Assembly: GCA_965372795.1 (NCBI GenBank)
Contig: CBDVDR010000008.1
Location: 32,001 to 96,000 of the forward strand
Origin: an uncultured bacterium
GTDB taxonomy: Bacteria > Zixibacteria > MSB-5A5 > GN15 > FEB-12
Reading direction: 5' to 3'
Length of the DNA: 64,000 nucleotides
Made by a program: the position numbers and the translations under genes. Below are positions 1-9,336 of this stretch, one piece after another. A model generated the notes under the pieces. The model saw only the letters and a program-made list of their open reading frames with translations, did not search any database and was not told where the DNA came from. Position 1 is the first letter of the stretch. Each line of letters opens with the position of its first letter.

Positions 1-184
1 CAATAAAAGCATCATGCGAATCATCACGTTCACATAAGAGGCGAAGTTTTAGATTATCCTCAACCGCCGTTGCTACCGGACGGCAAAATGGTCCATACGA
101 GGCTGAATTAAAATAAACCGTTTTTTTTGTATGGGGGAAAAGTTTACGAACATTTTCAAACTTTTTTATTATTTCTATACTCAT
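1..184 (-). CDS. Aminotransferase class V / cysteine desulfurase-like PLP enzyme, N-terminal part (runs off window)
   Basis: Own translation from ATG at 184 (SD GAGG upstream): MSIEIIKKFENVRKLFPHTKKTVYFNSASYGPF...; 'R..FP.....YFNSAS.GP' is the class V N-terminal signature. Confidence 0.75.
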   Translation of the reverse strand, partial: MSIEIIKKFENVRKLFPHTKKTVYFNSASYGPFCRPVATAVEDNLKLRLLCERDDSHDAFI

Positions 185-195
185 AGCCAACCTCA

Positions 196-624
196 TTATA
201 TTGAATAAAGATATCCGATAATAGCCATACATCCCCCAATTTTTAATAAATAGCTAAGGAGTGTATACAGCATAAACTGCATAGGGAATTTTATCCGCAT
301 GGAATAACCCATTACCATTGGAACCGCACCCAATGTGAAAGCTACCAAAGCAACAGCCATTCCGGCGCGCATCCCGGTTAAAGGTAAAATTATGTAGAAA
401 AATCCAAAAGCCAAGGTAGGGATAACTGCGAAGAAAAGAAATTCCATTACAAAATTTATCAGAAACCAGCCAACATTAAATTTTTCCAAAAGTTGTGAAG
501 GAATCTCTTTGGCTAAGTTTAACTTTTTCTCAATGAAAAACAGAATCGAGCTGATTACCAGTAAGTAGCCTCCGGCCGCTATCAATGAATACAATAATAA
601 GCCGTTTGAGATCAAGTCAACCAT
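196..624 (-). CDS. Hypothetical integral membrane protein (about 4 TM)
   Basis: Hydrophobic 142-aa ORF overlapping the upstream epimerase stop. Confidence 0.75.
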   Translation of the reverse strand: MVDLISNGLLLYSLIAAGGYLLVISSILFFIEKKLNLAKEIPSQLLEKFNVGWFLINFVMEFLFFAVIPTLAFGFFYIILPLTGMRAGMAVALVAFTLGAVPMVMGYSMRIKFPMQFMLYTLLSYLLKIGGCMAIIGYLYSI

Positions 625-1628
625 CCTTTCTCACGATACCAGCGATAGGTTTCACTCGCTCCGTCTTCAAATGAAATCTTAGATTTAAATCCAAGTTCTT
701 TATATGCTTTATCAGTTGAAACCTCCCATGATGCCAGAAGTTCATCGGCTTTCTCACGGGTCAGCATCGGGGTCGCTCCCACCATTCTAAATATACTCTC
801 AGAAAAATAAGCAATTAGTCTAAATAGCGAGGATGGGATATACACCGGGATCGCACTTTTACCGCATCCCTTTTTTAACAGCTTGATAAGCTCTTTCATC
901 GAATACGAATTTTCTTCAGCGATAAAATAAATTTCACCTGATGGAGTTTCTTTTGTTAAAGCTGAATATATCCCCTCGCACAAATCATCAACATGCACTA
1001 ACTGGAGTTTTCGGCTGGTTTTCCCGACATACGGCTTTAAATGAAAATTAAGAGCCGCAAAAAATCCAAAAATCTCTTTATCGCCCGGTCCGTAAACTCC
1101 GGGAGGACGAACAGCTACAACATTCAATTTATCTTTGTAAGAAAGCGCTGATCTTTCACCGGCGAGTTTCGATTCTCCATAAGTTGTCATTGGACGGGGG
1201 CTGTCTGATTCCCGGACCGGTCTGCCGTTTAATGAACATCCGGCTGCTGCAAGAGAGGATATGTAAACAACCCGCTTTACTTGAGGATTATTTTTATGAA
1301 TTGATTCAAATAGATTTTCAGTTCCCTTTTCATTAACCTCAAAGAAGCTTCTTTTCATTTTAGCTTTTGTTATCCCGGCGTTATGAATAATATAATCAAC
1401 ATTCTCAACCATTGAACTAAGTGATTCAATGTTGCTCACATCACCATAGCGAAATTCAACATCGACTCCATCAAGCTCCGATAGATTGGCGGTTTTTCGA
1501 ATACCGGCAATTACTTTGAATCCTTTGGAAATCAGTTTCCGGCACAATCTTGAACCGACAAATCCATTGGCTCCGGTGACCAAAACAGACGAAATTAGCT
1601 TATTTTTATTTATATTATCGCTGTACAT
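612..1628 (-). CDS. NAD-dependent epimerase/dehydratase (extended SDR)
   Basis: TGANGFVG Rossmann motif, HNAG, YGESK (YxxxK), RPPGVYGP. Confidence 0.92.
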   Translation of the reverse strand: MYSDNINKNKLISSVLVTGANGFVGSRLCRKLISKGFKVIAGIRKTANLSELDGVDVEFRYGDVSNIESLSSMVENVDYIIHNAGITKAKMKRSFFEVNEKGTENLFESIHKNNPQVKRVVYISSLAAAGCSLNGRPVRESDSPRPMTTYGESKLAGERSALSYKDKLNVVAVRPPGVYGPGDKEIFGFFAALNFHLKPYVGKTSRKLQLVHVDDLCEGIYSALTKETPSGEIYFIAEENSYSMKELIKLLKKGCGKSAIPVYIPSSLFRLIAYFSESIFRMVGATPMLTREKADELLASWEVSTDKAYKELGFKSKISFEDGASETYRWYREKGWLT

Positions 1629-1693
1629 GATTAGAATTTAGCGAAATGAATGACAGGAAACAAGTTTTGAAAATAATAAAACTTATTTACAAA

Positions 1694-3133
1694 CTAAAAC
1701 ACATCAGCAGTAAAAGTATAAACCTCAGCATATTTACTCTGATATGAATTCTTTGGTAAACCGGCTTTCAAACAGGTCTGTTCCAAAAATTCTGTCGTGT
1801 CCCAGTTTAGATCGGACGCTACCTGAGGCAGCAAGAGTCCGGAATTAAAATCAAGCTTGATTAGCAAGCCATGTTTTCCAATTTTAATTTTATCAAAATT
1901 TTTGACTCTTTCAAGTTGAGAAAGCACAGAGATTTCTATATCAACCTTATCAAATTCTTCACTTGTCAACTTTGGAAAACGGGGGTCATCAAAAGCCGCC
2001 GCCTGAGCCATCTCAGCAGTTGCTTCATATAAAGGTAAATCAGTTCGAATACGACCGATACAACCTCGAAGTTCATTGTCGAGATGAAGAGTAACGAAAA
2101 GACCTTTTTCAAATTCAAGCTTTTCATCTTTCGCATATATATATTTTTTATCTTCAAGCGTGGTTTTAATAGCATCATGAGCTATCTTTTTTAACATCAG
2201 CTCAATTTCATCGGTTACTACAAACTCTTTTTGTTTGCGGGCGTCCTTTATTCCTAATTGAGGAATCACTTTTTTAATTTTGGATTCACCAACGACCGCC
2301 GCTGAAAGGTATCCCACTACTTCATCAAAATCTCCCGTAACAGCACCTGAGGTTGTGTAATCAATGACTTGAACCTCTGAGGCTCCGAGTCGCTGGGTAG
2401 CAATCATCACCGCTGCCATAATTCCACCGCCGCAAGCTTCACCTTTACCCGTTTCAAGAGTCTCTATTAATATTTTGGGATCAAATTGTTCAACAGCTTT
2501 TTGAATATTAAAATCAAGTTTTCGGGCTCTTTTTTCCGGATGAAAATGAGATAGATCGGTAGAGGCAATCAAAAGTGCATTACTGCCTTCAAGGGTTGAG
2601 GCTAAAGTTTCTCCAAGAGCACGGATTGTATCCTCTTCCTGATCTCCCATGACAATCGCAACTAATTTAAATTTACCCAGCACCACTTGTAAAAAAGGAA
2701 GCTGTACTTCAAGGGCATGTTCACCGCGAGTGTTTCCGCTGGAATGACCCATATTTGACAGATATACAACAGGATTTATTTCGCTAATTTTTTGAGAAAG
2801 CTCTTTGTCTATTTCTATAATACCTAATGGAGTCTCATAGCCGTCACCGTCATATACCGAAGCACCTTTGAAAAAAACTGTATGAGATGGCGATATTACC
2901 ACAACCGTATCATATTCCTGACCCTCAAGAAGCTTATAAGCTTTGGCGGCCGTTAATCCGGAATAAGGATAGCCGGCGTGGGGAACTATCAATGCTGACG
3001 GATTACCTTTGATCGGTATTTTTTCGACTTCAGAAAAATAACTAGCTATTGTTTTTGTTAATTCACTGGCATTGGCCGGATAAAATGAGCCTGCAACTGC
3101 CGGTTTACGTATCTGTTCATTATTTTCATTCAT
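1694..3133 (-). CDS. amrB: AmmeMemoRadiSam system protein B (MEMO1) fused to protein A (AMMECR1)
   Basis: RKPAVAGSFYP, PHAGY.YSG, EHALEVQLPFLQ, STDLSH (Memo domain); LRGCIG, DPRF, GLLLPQVA, CLKAGL (AMMECR1 domain). Confidence 0.92.
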   Translation of the reverse strand: MNENNEQIRKPAVAGSFYPANASELTKTIASYFSEVEKIPIKGNPSALIVPHAGYPYSGLTAAKAYKLLEGQEYDTVVVISPSHTVFFKGASVYDGDGYETPLGIIEIDKELSQKISEINPVVYLSNMGHSSGNTRGEHALEVQLPFLQVVLGKFKLVAIVMGDQEEDTIRALGETLASTLEGSNALLIASTDLSHFHPEKRARKLDFNIQKAVEQFDPKILIETLETGKGEACGGGIMAAVMIATQRLGASEVQVIDYTTSGAVTGDFDEVVGYLSAAVVGESKIKKVIPQLGIKDARKQKEFVVTDEIELMLKKIAHDAIKTTLEDKKYIYAKDEKLEFEKGLFVTLHLDNELRGCIGRIRTDLPLYEATAEMAQAAAFDDPRFPKLTSEEFDKVDIEISVLSQLERVKNFDKIKIGKHGLLIKLDFNSGLLLPQVASDLNWDTTEFLEQTCLKAGLPKNSYQSKYAEVYTFTADVF

Positions 3134-3283
3134 TTATTTTCTAACTCCTATTGCGTTAAGGTAAACGCTTTTATCAGACTTGTCAATTTCCTTCTATTAT
3201 TTAAATGAGATAACGAAATTTGACCTGAATAGTTTAAAAAATAATGAAGTGTCAAAGGCATAGTAGACTTTTTAAGTCTAAAT

Positions 3284-3310
3284 AAAAAAAGAGGAGCCGG
3301 TTGGCTCCTC
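3284..3310 (-). terminator. Intrinsic terminator after SPFH gene
   Basis: GAGGAGCC/GGCTCCTC stem followed by T7 on the minus strand. Confidence 0.85.
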
Positions 3311-3333
3311 GGCTTTGAAGAGGTCAGTCCCGA

Positions 3334-4275
3334 TTAAGCTTGTGCTTCCTCGGTTGATTTTTCGACTGTATTGCTTGTTTTGATTCCTTCAACCATTGCT
3401 GCCAATGATGAAATTATCCCGCTTGTCTCAATCGGCAGGAACAGTTTATTTGCTTTATTATCTGCTAATCTTGGAAGCATTTCCAAATATTTTAAAGTAA
3501 TCAATTTTTCATCCGGTTTCCCTTCATGAATCGCAGTAAAAACCGATTGAATAGCTTTAGCTTCACCCTCAGCAACTGTTAATTGTCTGAATTTCTCAGC
3601 TTCAGCTTTTGTGCGAACCGCCTCGGCATCACCTTCGGCTTGAAGAATCTTAGACTGTTTGTAACCTTCAGCTTTGGTAATGTCTGCCTGTTTAATTGCT
3701 TCCGCATCCAAAATAGCGGCACGTTTATCACGTTCAGCCTTCATCTGGCGACTCATAGCATCATGAATATCTTTGGGCGGATCAATCCTTTGAAGTTCAA
3801 CACGATTTACTTTAACACCCCACTTGTCGGTTGCCCGATCAAGAACATCACGAAGCTGCCCGTTAATTTCATCACGTGAAGTTAAACAGGCATCAAGTTC
3901 TAACTCACCAAAAACATTTCTGAGATTTGTCTGGGCAAGTTTCGTAGCGGCTAAAATATAATTTGCAATTTCATACCGTGAACGAAACGGATCGGTTACC
4001 TGAGCATAAATAACAGCATCCACTTCAACATTGACGTTATCTTTTGTAATCACAAATTGAGGAGGAACATCAAGCACCACCTCCCGCATATCAACTTTCA
4101 AGACCGTATCAAAAAATGGTATAATCAGATTTAATCCCGGTGAAAGAATGTGTTGATATTTACCCAGTCGTTCGACCAGTCCCCGTTCAAACGGACGTAT
4201 AATACGTACCGACATCGAAACAATGATGAAAGCAAATACAACCGCAATTGCTAAAAATATTATTATTGGATTCAT
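3334..4275 (-). CDS. SPFH/band 7 (stomatin-like, QmcA-type) membrane protein
   Basis: N-terminal TM, VERLGKY, ITKDNV.V.VD, AQTNLRN, QMKAERDKRA coiled coil. Confidence 0.93.
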   Translation of the reverse strand: MNPIIIFLAIAVVFAFIIVSMSVRIIRPFERGLVERLGKYQHILSPGLNLIIPFFDTVLKVDMREVVLDVPPQFVITKDNVNVEVDAVIYAQVTDPFRSRYEIANYILAATKLAQTNLRNVFGELELDACLTSRDEINGQLRDVLDRATDKWGVKVNRVELQRIDPPKDIHDAMSRQMKAERDKRAAILDAEAIKQADITKAEGYKQSKILQAEGDAEAVRTKAEAEKFRQLTVAEGEAKAIQSVFTAIHEGKPDEKLITLKYLEMLPRLADNKANKLFLPIETSGIISSLAAMVEGIKTSNTVEKSTEEAQA

Positions 4276-4289
4276 TATAACTCCCCTTT

Positions 4290-4718
4290 CTATATTTTCT
4301 TTATCACATGAAGTTTAGTGCCACTGGAGGACACAATTTCTACTTTTTCGTTTATATCAATATCTTCATCAGCACTTGCAATCCAAACTTCTCCTTCAAA
4401 TCTAATTTGACCACCTAAGTTAAGATCAATTTTTTTTGTTACTAATCCAATTTTGCCAATTAATGCATCAATATTGGATTTTTGTGGAGATGGTTTTGTT
4501 ATTTTCTTGGCTATTTTTCTCATCAATGGCAATAGTAATAATGATACTATAATGAAAATTCCTATTTGCGTGTAATAACCATCAGGAACAAAGAAACTAT
4601 ACACTCCAGCCAGTAATGAACCTGCTACAAAGCAAATGAAAACCAGCGTTGGTGTCATCAATTCCATTATGAGGAATATTACAACCGCAGCCAACCAGTA
4701 CCAGACTACGTTTTCCAT
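4290..4718 (-). CDS. NfeD family protein (partner of SPFH)
   Basis: TM segments plus C-terminal OB-fold 'GQIRFEGEVW'; canonical adjacency to SPFH. Confidence 0.9.
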   Translation of the reverse strand: MENVVWYWLAAVVIFLIMELMTPTLVFICFVAGSLLAGVYSFFVPDGYYTQIGIFIIVSLLLLPLMRKIAKKITKPSPQKSNIDALIGKIGLVTKKIDLNLGGQIRFEGEVWIASADEDIDINEKVEIVSSSGTKLHVIKKI

Positions 4719-4876
4719 TTTTACTCCTTTGTTAAACAGCGGCGTTAAAGCCGGTTTTTAACTAATACTTGACTATCAAAATTATATTCATCTTCTTCTT
4801 CATATATTTATAAGTTTCCAAATGCTGTCTCTGTCAACAAAAAGGCGTTCAATAACTAAAAGAAATCAGGATTACG

Positions 4877-5644
4877 ATGAAACCATATACCAGATTTGCA
4901 GAAGTTTACGATTTAATGGGTGCAGATCGTCATTCAATCAAAATGGTAAAATATTGCCAGAAGATTTTTGAAAAATTTAAAATTCATCCTGTTAACGGAT
5001 TGGATTTATGTTGCGGAACAGGAACAGCTATCAATCATTTATCAAAATTGGGAATAATTATGTCGGGGCTTGATCAAAGCCCGCATATGCTTGCCGTTGC
5101 CGCTAAAAAACTTAAATCAAAAAAAATTAAGTTATATCAAAAATCACTGCCAAAATTCAAACTGCTCCAAAATAATGACTCAACCAAAATCCAGCAATTC
5201 GATCTGGTCACCTCGTTTTTTGATTCGCTTAACTATTTATTAACAGAAAAAGATTTACTGGCTGCCTTCAAATCGGTTCACAAACATTTGAATCCCGGAG
5301 GATGGTTTATTTTCGACATGAATACTCAGGAAGCGTTAAAATATCTTTGGGATGAACATGTCTATGCCGATGCCAAAGATGATATCGCCTGGGTTTGGAA
5401 AAACGAATACCTTCCCAAAGAAAAAATGGCTCTGTGCCATGCTACTTTTTTCATTCAGGTTGGAAAAAAATATGAGCGGTTCTATGAAGTACACAAAGAA
5501 CGAGCCTATCCAAACAGCAAGATCAAAAAGATGCTTCGTGATGCAGGATTTCAGCTAAAAGGATATTACAACTGCTATTCATTCAATCCGGCTGATAGAG
5601 AAACCAACCGCTTTTGTGCAATTGTTAAAAAGAAAAGTAAATAA
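4877..5644 (+). CDS. Class I SAM-dependent methyltransferase
   Basis: FAEVYD, LDLCCGTG, DSLNYL, LNPGGWFIFD. Confidence 0.9.
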   Translation: MKPYTRFAEVYDLMGADRHSIKMVKYCQKIFEKFKIHPVNGLDLCCGTGTAINHLSKLGIIMSGLDQSPHMLAVAAKKLKSKKIKLYQKSLPKFKLLQNNDSTKIQQFDLVTSFFDSLNYLLTEKDLLAAFKSVHKHLNPGGWFIFDMNTQEALKYLWDEHVYADAKDDIAWVWKNEYLPKEKMALCHATFFIQVGKKYERFYEVHKERAYPNSKIKKMLRDAGFQLKGYYNCYSFNPADRETNRFCAIVKKKSK

Positions 5645-5650
5645 TTTAGT

Positions 5651-5667
5651 AATCTGCGACCGCAGAA
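5651..5667 (-). promoter_or_regulatory. Candidate bacterial SECIS hairpin for the FmdB UGA
   Basis: TCTGC/GCAGA stem with GGTC loop 18-21 nt after the UGA; resembles E. coli fdhF SECIS apex GCA-GGUC-UGC. Confidence 0.55.
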
Positions 5668-5669
5668 AA

Positions 5670-5879
5670 TCAGGACGCTCAGGAAAATCCCGAACCACAA
5701 CTGGCGGCGCCACAAGGTGCCTGATAAGACTGTGAATTAGTTGATGCGGCAAAAGTAGACAATAATTTTTCTACCCGACCAGAATTACATTCCGGACAGT
5801 TGACAGTTTCATCGGAACTCATCGAAAGTTCTTCAAACTTATTATCACAGTCACTGCATTTATATTCAAAAATTGGCAT
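5670..5879 (-). CDS. FmdB-family zinc-ribbon protein, probably with C-terminal selenocysteine (...CGSGFS-U-AS)
   Basis: MPIFEYKCxxC...CPxC motif. Track stop TGA at 5679-5681 is followed by GCG TCC TGA and hairpin TCTGC-GGTC-GCAGA. Ends at 5679 if UGA is a plain stop. Confidence 0.85.
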
Positions 5880-5888
5880 TTAATCTCT

Positions 5889-6068
5889 CTATTTCTTGTC
5901 AGTTGTCGACATCACCAAACCGGCGAAGAACCCCATCGAGGAAGCCAGATAAGGGTTGCACATTAATCGTCAGGTTGATCCAAAAGCATTATAGAGTACC
6001 GATAAACCAAAGCCGGCTAATGCACCTCCGGCTGAAAACAGTATAAGTCTTTTAGCATTTATTGCCAT
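5889..6068 (-). CDS. Small 2-TM membrane protein (DUF6132-like) with in-frame UGA, candidate selenoprotein (59 aa)
   Basis: Own translation MAINAKRLILFSAGGALAGFGLSVLYNAFGST-U-RLMCNPYLASSMGFFAGLVMSTTDKK; SD AGAAGGA; fills the gap between DUF302 and FmdB genes; TGA at 5970-5972. Confidence 0.72.
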
Positions 6069-6097
6069 GTTATTTTTGTCCTTCTAATAATATCCTA

Positions 6098-6484
6098 TTA
6101 TTCTACGGCTTCAGACATAACCTTCTTCAATCTTTTCTCAACCTCGGAAGCTAACTCATCTAACCCAATTTCCGGCATCATCTGTGAAATCATTTCAGGA
6201 CGACCAAGTGTCATGATCGTTTTGCCAGATTCAGTATGAACAGCAATTTTACAAGGCATGAACAATGCTACGTTGATATCTTTTTTCAGAGCTTCATGAG
6301 CAAAACCGGCATTACACATTTCGATAATAACCAGAGGATCGCGAGAAAACCCTTTTTCTTCAAGAGTCGCCTGAACATCATGCACCGCTAAAACCCGAAA
6401 CTGATTTTCCACGCACAAACGCTGAACCTCGGCAATAACCCTGTCAAAAGGTTTATCCGTTTCTAATCTGTATCCAAATTCCAT
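6098..6484 (-). CDS. DUF302 domain protein
   Basis: F.VLAVHDVQATL, IIEMCN, LFMPCKIAV. Confidence 0.88.
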   Translation of the reverse strand: MEFGYRLETDKPFDRVIAEVQRLCVENQFRVLAVHDVQATLEEKGFSRDPLVIIEMCNAGFAHEALKKDINVALFMPCKIAVHTESGKTIMTLGRPEMISQMMPEIGLDELASEVEKRLKKVMSEAVE

Positions 6485-6548
6485 TTTATTTCTCCATCTA
6501 TCATTTTACTATCCATATATATTTAGATAGTAAAGTTATATAAATGAT

Positions 6549-6962
6549 TCACACAATTTCATAACTTGTGATAATTTTACCGATTTCTTTAACCGTCTGA
6601 CTAACGACACAGTACTTATCTTCCGACAGCTCAATAGCTTTGGCAAGTTTGTCAGGATTAATATCCTCGCCGGATGCTATAAATTTTATTTCAACCGTAT
6701 GAAAAGGTTTGGGATAATCATCGTTTTGATGACCGCTCAATTCGATTTCAAGTGAGGTGAGTTTTTGTCTTTGTTTTTTTATAATCTGCACCACATCTAT
6801 CCCGGCACATCCTGCTATACCATAAAGCAATAATTCGGTTGGCTTAAACCCGGCTTCTGATCCTCCTGCTGATTTGGCGCCATCGGTAATTATTGAATGG
6901 CCAAAAACATTGGTACCTTCAAATTTCAACCCGCCCGACCATTTCATTTTTACCGTTAACAT
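6549..6962 (-). CDS. OsmC/YhfA family protein
   Basis: GFKPTELLL, GCAGIDV, LSEDKYCVV; start moved to ATG 6962 after SD GGAG. Confidence 0.9.
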   Translation of the reverse strand: MLTVKMKWSGGLKFEGTNVFGHSIITDGAKSAGGSEAGFKPTELLLYGIAGCAGIDVVQIIKKQRQKLTSLEIELSGHQNDDYPKPFHTVEIKFIASGEDINPDKLAKAIELSEDKYCVVSQTVKEIGKIITSYEIV

Positions 6963-7022
6963 ATATTCTCCATCGCAGTTAATTTTTTTTATAAATATAT
7001 GTCTATTCATCAAACAGTCAAA

Positions 7023-9155
7023 TTAAAGTTCTTTTAACTGAATTTTGAACTCTTCCAAATTTGTAACGGGTAAATTACAGACTGAATTTCGACAAACATA
7101 AACTTTTACCGACCCATCAGTTGATTTTCTACCTTCCAGTAATGGCAGCGATAATTTATTATTCCCATTATCAACTGCGATAATTTTATTTGGTATAAAC
7201 TTTGAATATAATTCCTTAATAATTTCATCCCGACTACTGTTATCTCCAACAATAACGATTTCAATTTTATCGTTAAAATAATAATCAACTGCAAACAAGG
7301 CCGAAGTCATTCGATTCGGTGAACGTTGAATTTGACCGGAAATTGCGTCGAGGGCTCCTTTGGCAATTTCCAGATATTTTGCATCATCAGTCAATCGGTT
7401 AATTTTTAAAAGATTCGCTATCATGTACGATCCGGGTGATGGAATGGCGCCATCGGATTCTTCTTTTGGTCGATAGATTAAATCAGTCTGTCCATCAGGA
7501 CGAAGATAAAATATATATTTTTCATCAATAAACAGTTCCGTCGCAGTCTCAGTTAGCTCCATAGCAAAATTCAACCATTTATGATTATTTTCCTGATCAC
7601 TTTCAAAAAGATTCAATAATCCACTGATATAAAAAGCATAGTCCTCAAGAAATTGTTCTTTGGTATGTTTTCCTTCTCGGTAAGCATGAGTCAGTTTTCC
7701 ATCATCATACAATTCATCTTTTACAAAGTTGGCATTTGCAATTGCAGCCTCGAGATATTTTTTATCGCCGGTAATCTGATACCCCTTACAAAAAGCGGTA
7801 AGTGCTAAACCGTTCCACGAAGTCAATTGCTTATCATCGGTCAGGGGCCGAACTCTTTTTGATCGGGCTTCAAATAGTATATCACTTCCCTTTTGAATAA
7901 ATTCATCAAAATTATCAATCTGGTTATCGTTTTTAAATCTGATAGATTCTAAGGAAAGGTTGAGAATATTTTTGCCCTCAAAATTTCCACCCGGTGTAAT
8001 ATTATAATATTTTGCAAAGGGTTCAAATATTTCTTCACCCAGTAAATCCTTCATCTCGTTATAAGTCCAGACATAAAATTTACCTTCTTCCCCTTCACTG
8101 TCAGCATCAAGGGCGCTGTAAAAACCGCCGGTCTTGTCAGTCATCTCTCTTAAGATAAAATCAAGAGTTTCAGTTACAACATTTAGATACACTTCGTTTC
8201 CGGTAATTTGATAGGCTTCGACATATACCGGTACAAGCAAGGCGTTATCGTAAAGCATCTTCTCAAAATGAGGAACCAGCCATTTTACATCGGTTGCATA
8301 GCGAGCAAAGCCGCCGCCGATTTGATCATAGATTCCCCCGAATGCCATCTCTTTTAAAGATTTTTCAGCAGCCTGAAGATATGTCAAGTCACCGCTGGAG
8401 CGATAATAGCGAAGGAAAAGAGACAGTTCCAAAGAATGTGGAAATTTCGGTGCCTGCCCAAACCCGCCGTCAATGTGATCGAAATTATTCATGAGAACTT
8501 CCGCACCCCGTTTTATCATACCTTTGGAAAGCATCGTTGTTCCGGTTGGCGCCAGGATTCTACTTGAAACTTGTTTGAAAATATCATTTGAGGATTTTAT
8601 AATCTGATCTTTACTTTCTTTATAAGCCAGACCAATTTCAGTTATCAATCTTTTAAAGCCCGGTCGACCATAGCGATCATCTGGCGGGAAATAGGTTCCG
8701 GCAAAAAACGGTTTAAGGTCAGGAGTAAGGAAAACTGACATCGGCCATCCACCGTGCCCGGTCATGGCTGTTGTAAATGACATATATATTTCATCAAGAT
8801 CAGGCCTCTGCTCTCGATCAACTTTGATTGAAATAAAATTAGCATTAAGCAAGGCGGCTATTTCTTCGTTTTCAAATGACTCTCGCTCCATGACATGACA
8901 CCAATGACAGGCAGCATAACCGATAGAAAGAAAAATCGGTTTATCTTCATTTTTCGCCCGATCAAGTGCGTCTTCACCCCACGGATACCAATCGACCGGA
9001 TTATGTGCATGAGAAAGCAGATAAGGTGAGTTTTCATTTATTAGATGATTAGTATGTTCATAAATATCGTTTGATTCCATTTCATTTCCTTTATCTTTAC
9101 CGCAGGCAATTGAGTTTAATAATATTAATGCGGCATAAATATATAATCTTTTCAT
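7023..9155 (-). CDS. Thioredoxin-domain protein, YyaL/SSP411 family
   Basis: [44 protein letters not shown]. Confidence 0.95.
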   Translation of the reverse strand: MKRLYIYAALILLNSIACGKDKGNEMESNDIYEHTNHLINENSPYLLSHAHNPVDWYPWGEDALDRAKNEDKPIFLSIGYAACHWCHVMERESFENEEIAALLNANFISIKVDREQRPDLDEIYMSFTTAMTGHGGWPMSVFLTPDLKPFFAGTYFPPDDRYGRPGFKRLITEIGLAYKESKDQIIKSSNDIFKQVSSRILAPTGTTMLSKGMIKRGAEVLMNNFDHIDGGFGQAPKFPHSLELSLFLRYYRSSGDLTYLQAAEKSLKEMAFGGIYDQIGGGFARYATDVKWLVPHFEKMLYDNALLVPVYVEAYQITGNEVYLNVVTETLDFILREMTDKTGGFYSALDADSEGEEGKFYVWTYNEMKDLLGEEIFEPFAKYYNITPGGNFEGKNILNLSLESIRFKNDNQIDNFDEFIQKGSDILFEARSKRVRPLTDDKQLTSWNGLALTAFCKGYQITGDKKYLEAAIANANFVKDELYDDGKLTHAYREGKHTKEQFLEDYAFYISGLLNLFESDQENNHKWLNFAMELTETATELFIDEKYIFYLRPDGQTDLIYRPKEESDGAIPSPGSYMIANLLKINRLTDDAKYLEIAKGALDAISGQIQRSPNRMTSALFAVDYYFNDKIEIVIVGDNSSRDEIIKELYSKFIPNKIIAVDNGNNKLSLPLLEGRKSTDGSVKVYVCRNSVCNLPVTNLEEFKIQLKEL

Positions 9156-9336
9156 AATAAACCTTTAACTGTAAACTAAAAATCTTGTCTATCATAACCA
9201 CGTACAAAACCAAAAGGTCCGCAATAAATTATAATAATAATCAATATTGGAGAAAAACAGTCAATTTTAGGTTGAAATTAAATGGTTACAGAAACGATTT
9301 TAAAAAAGTCTTGTGGGATACTCAGGGAAAACTGTT

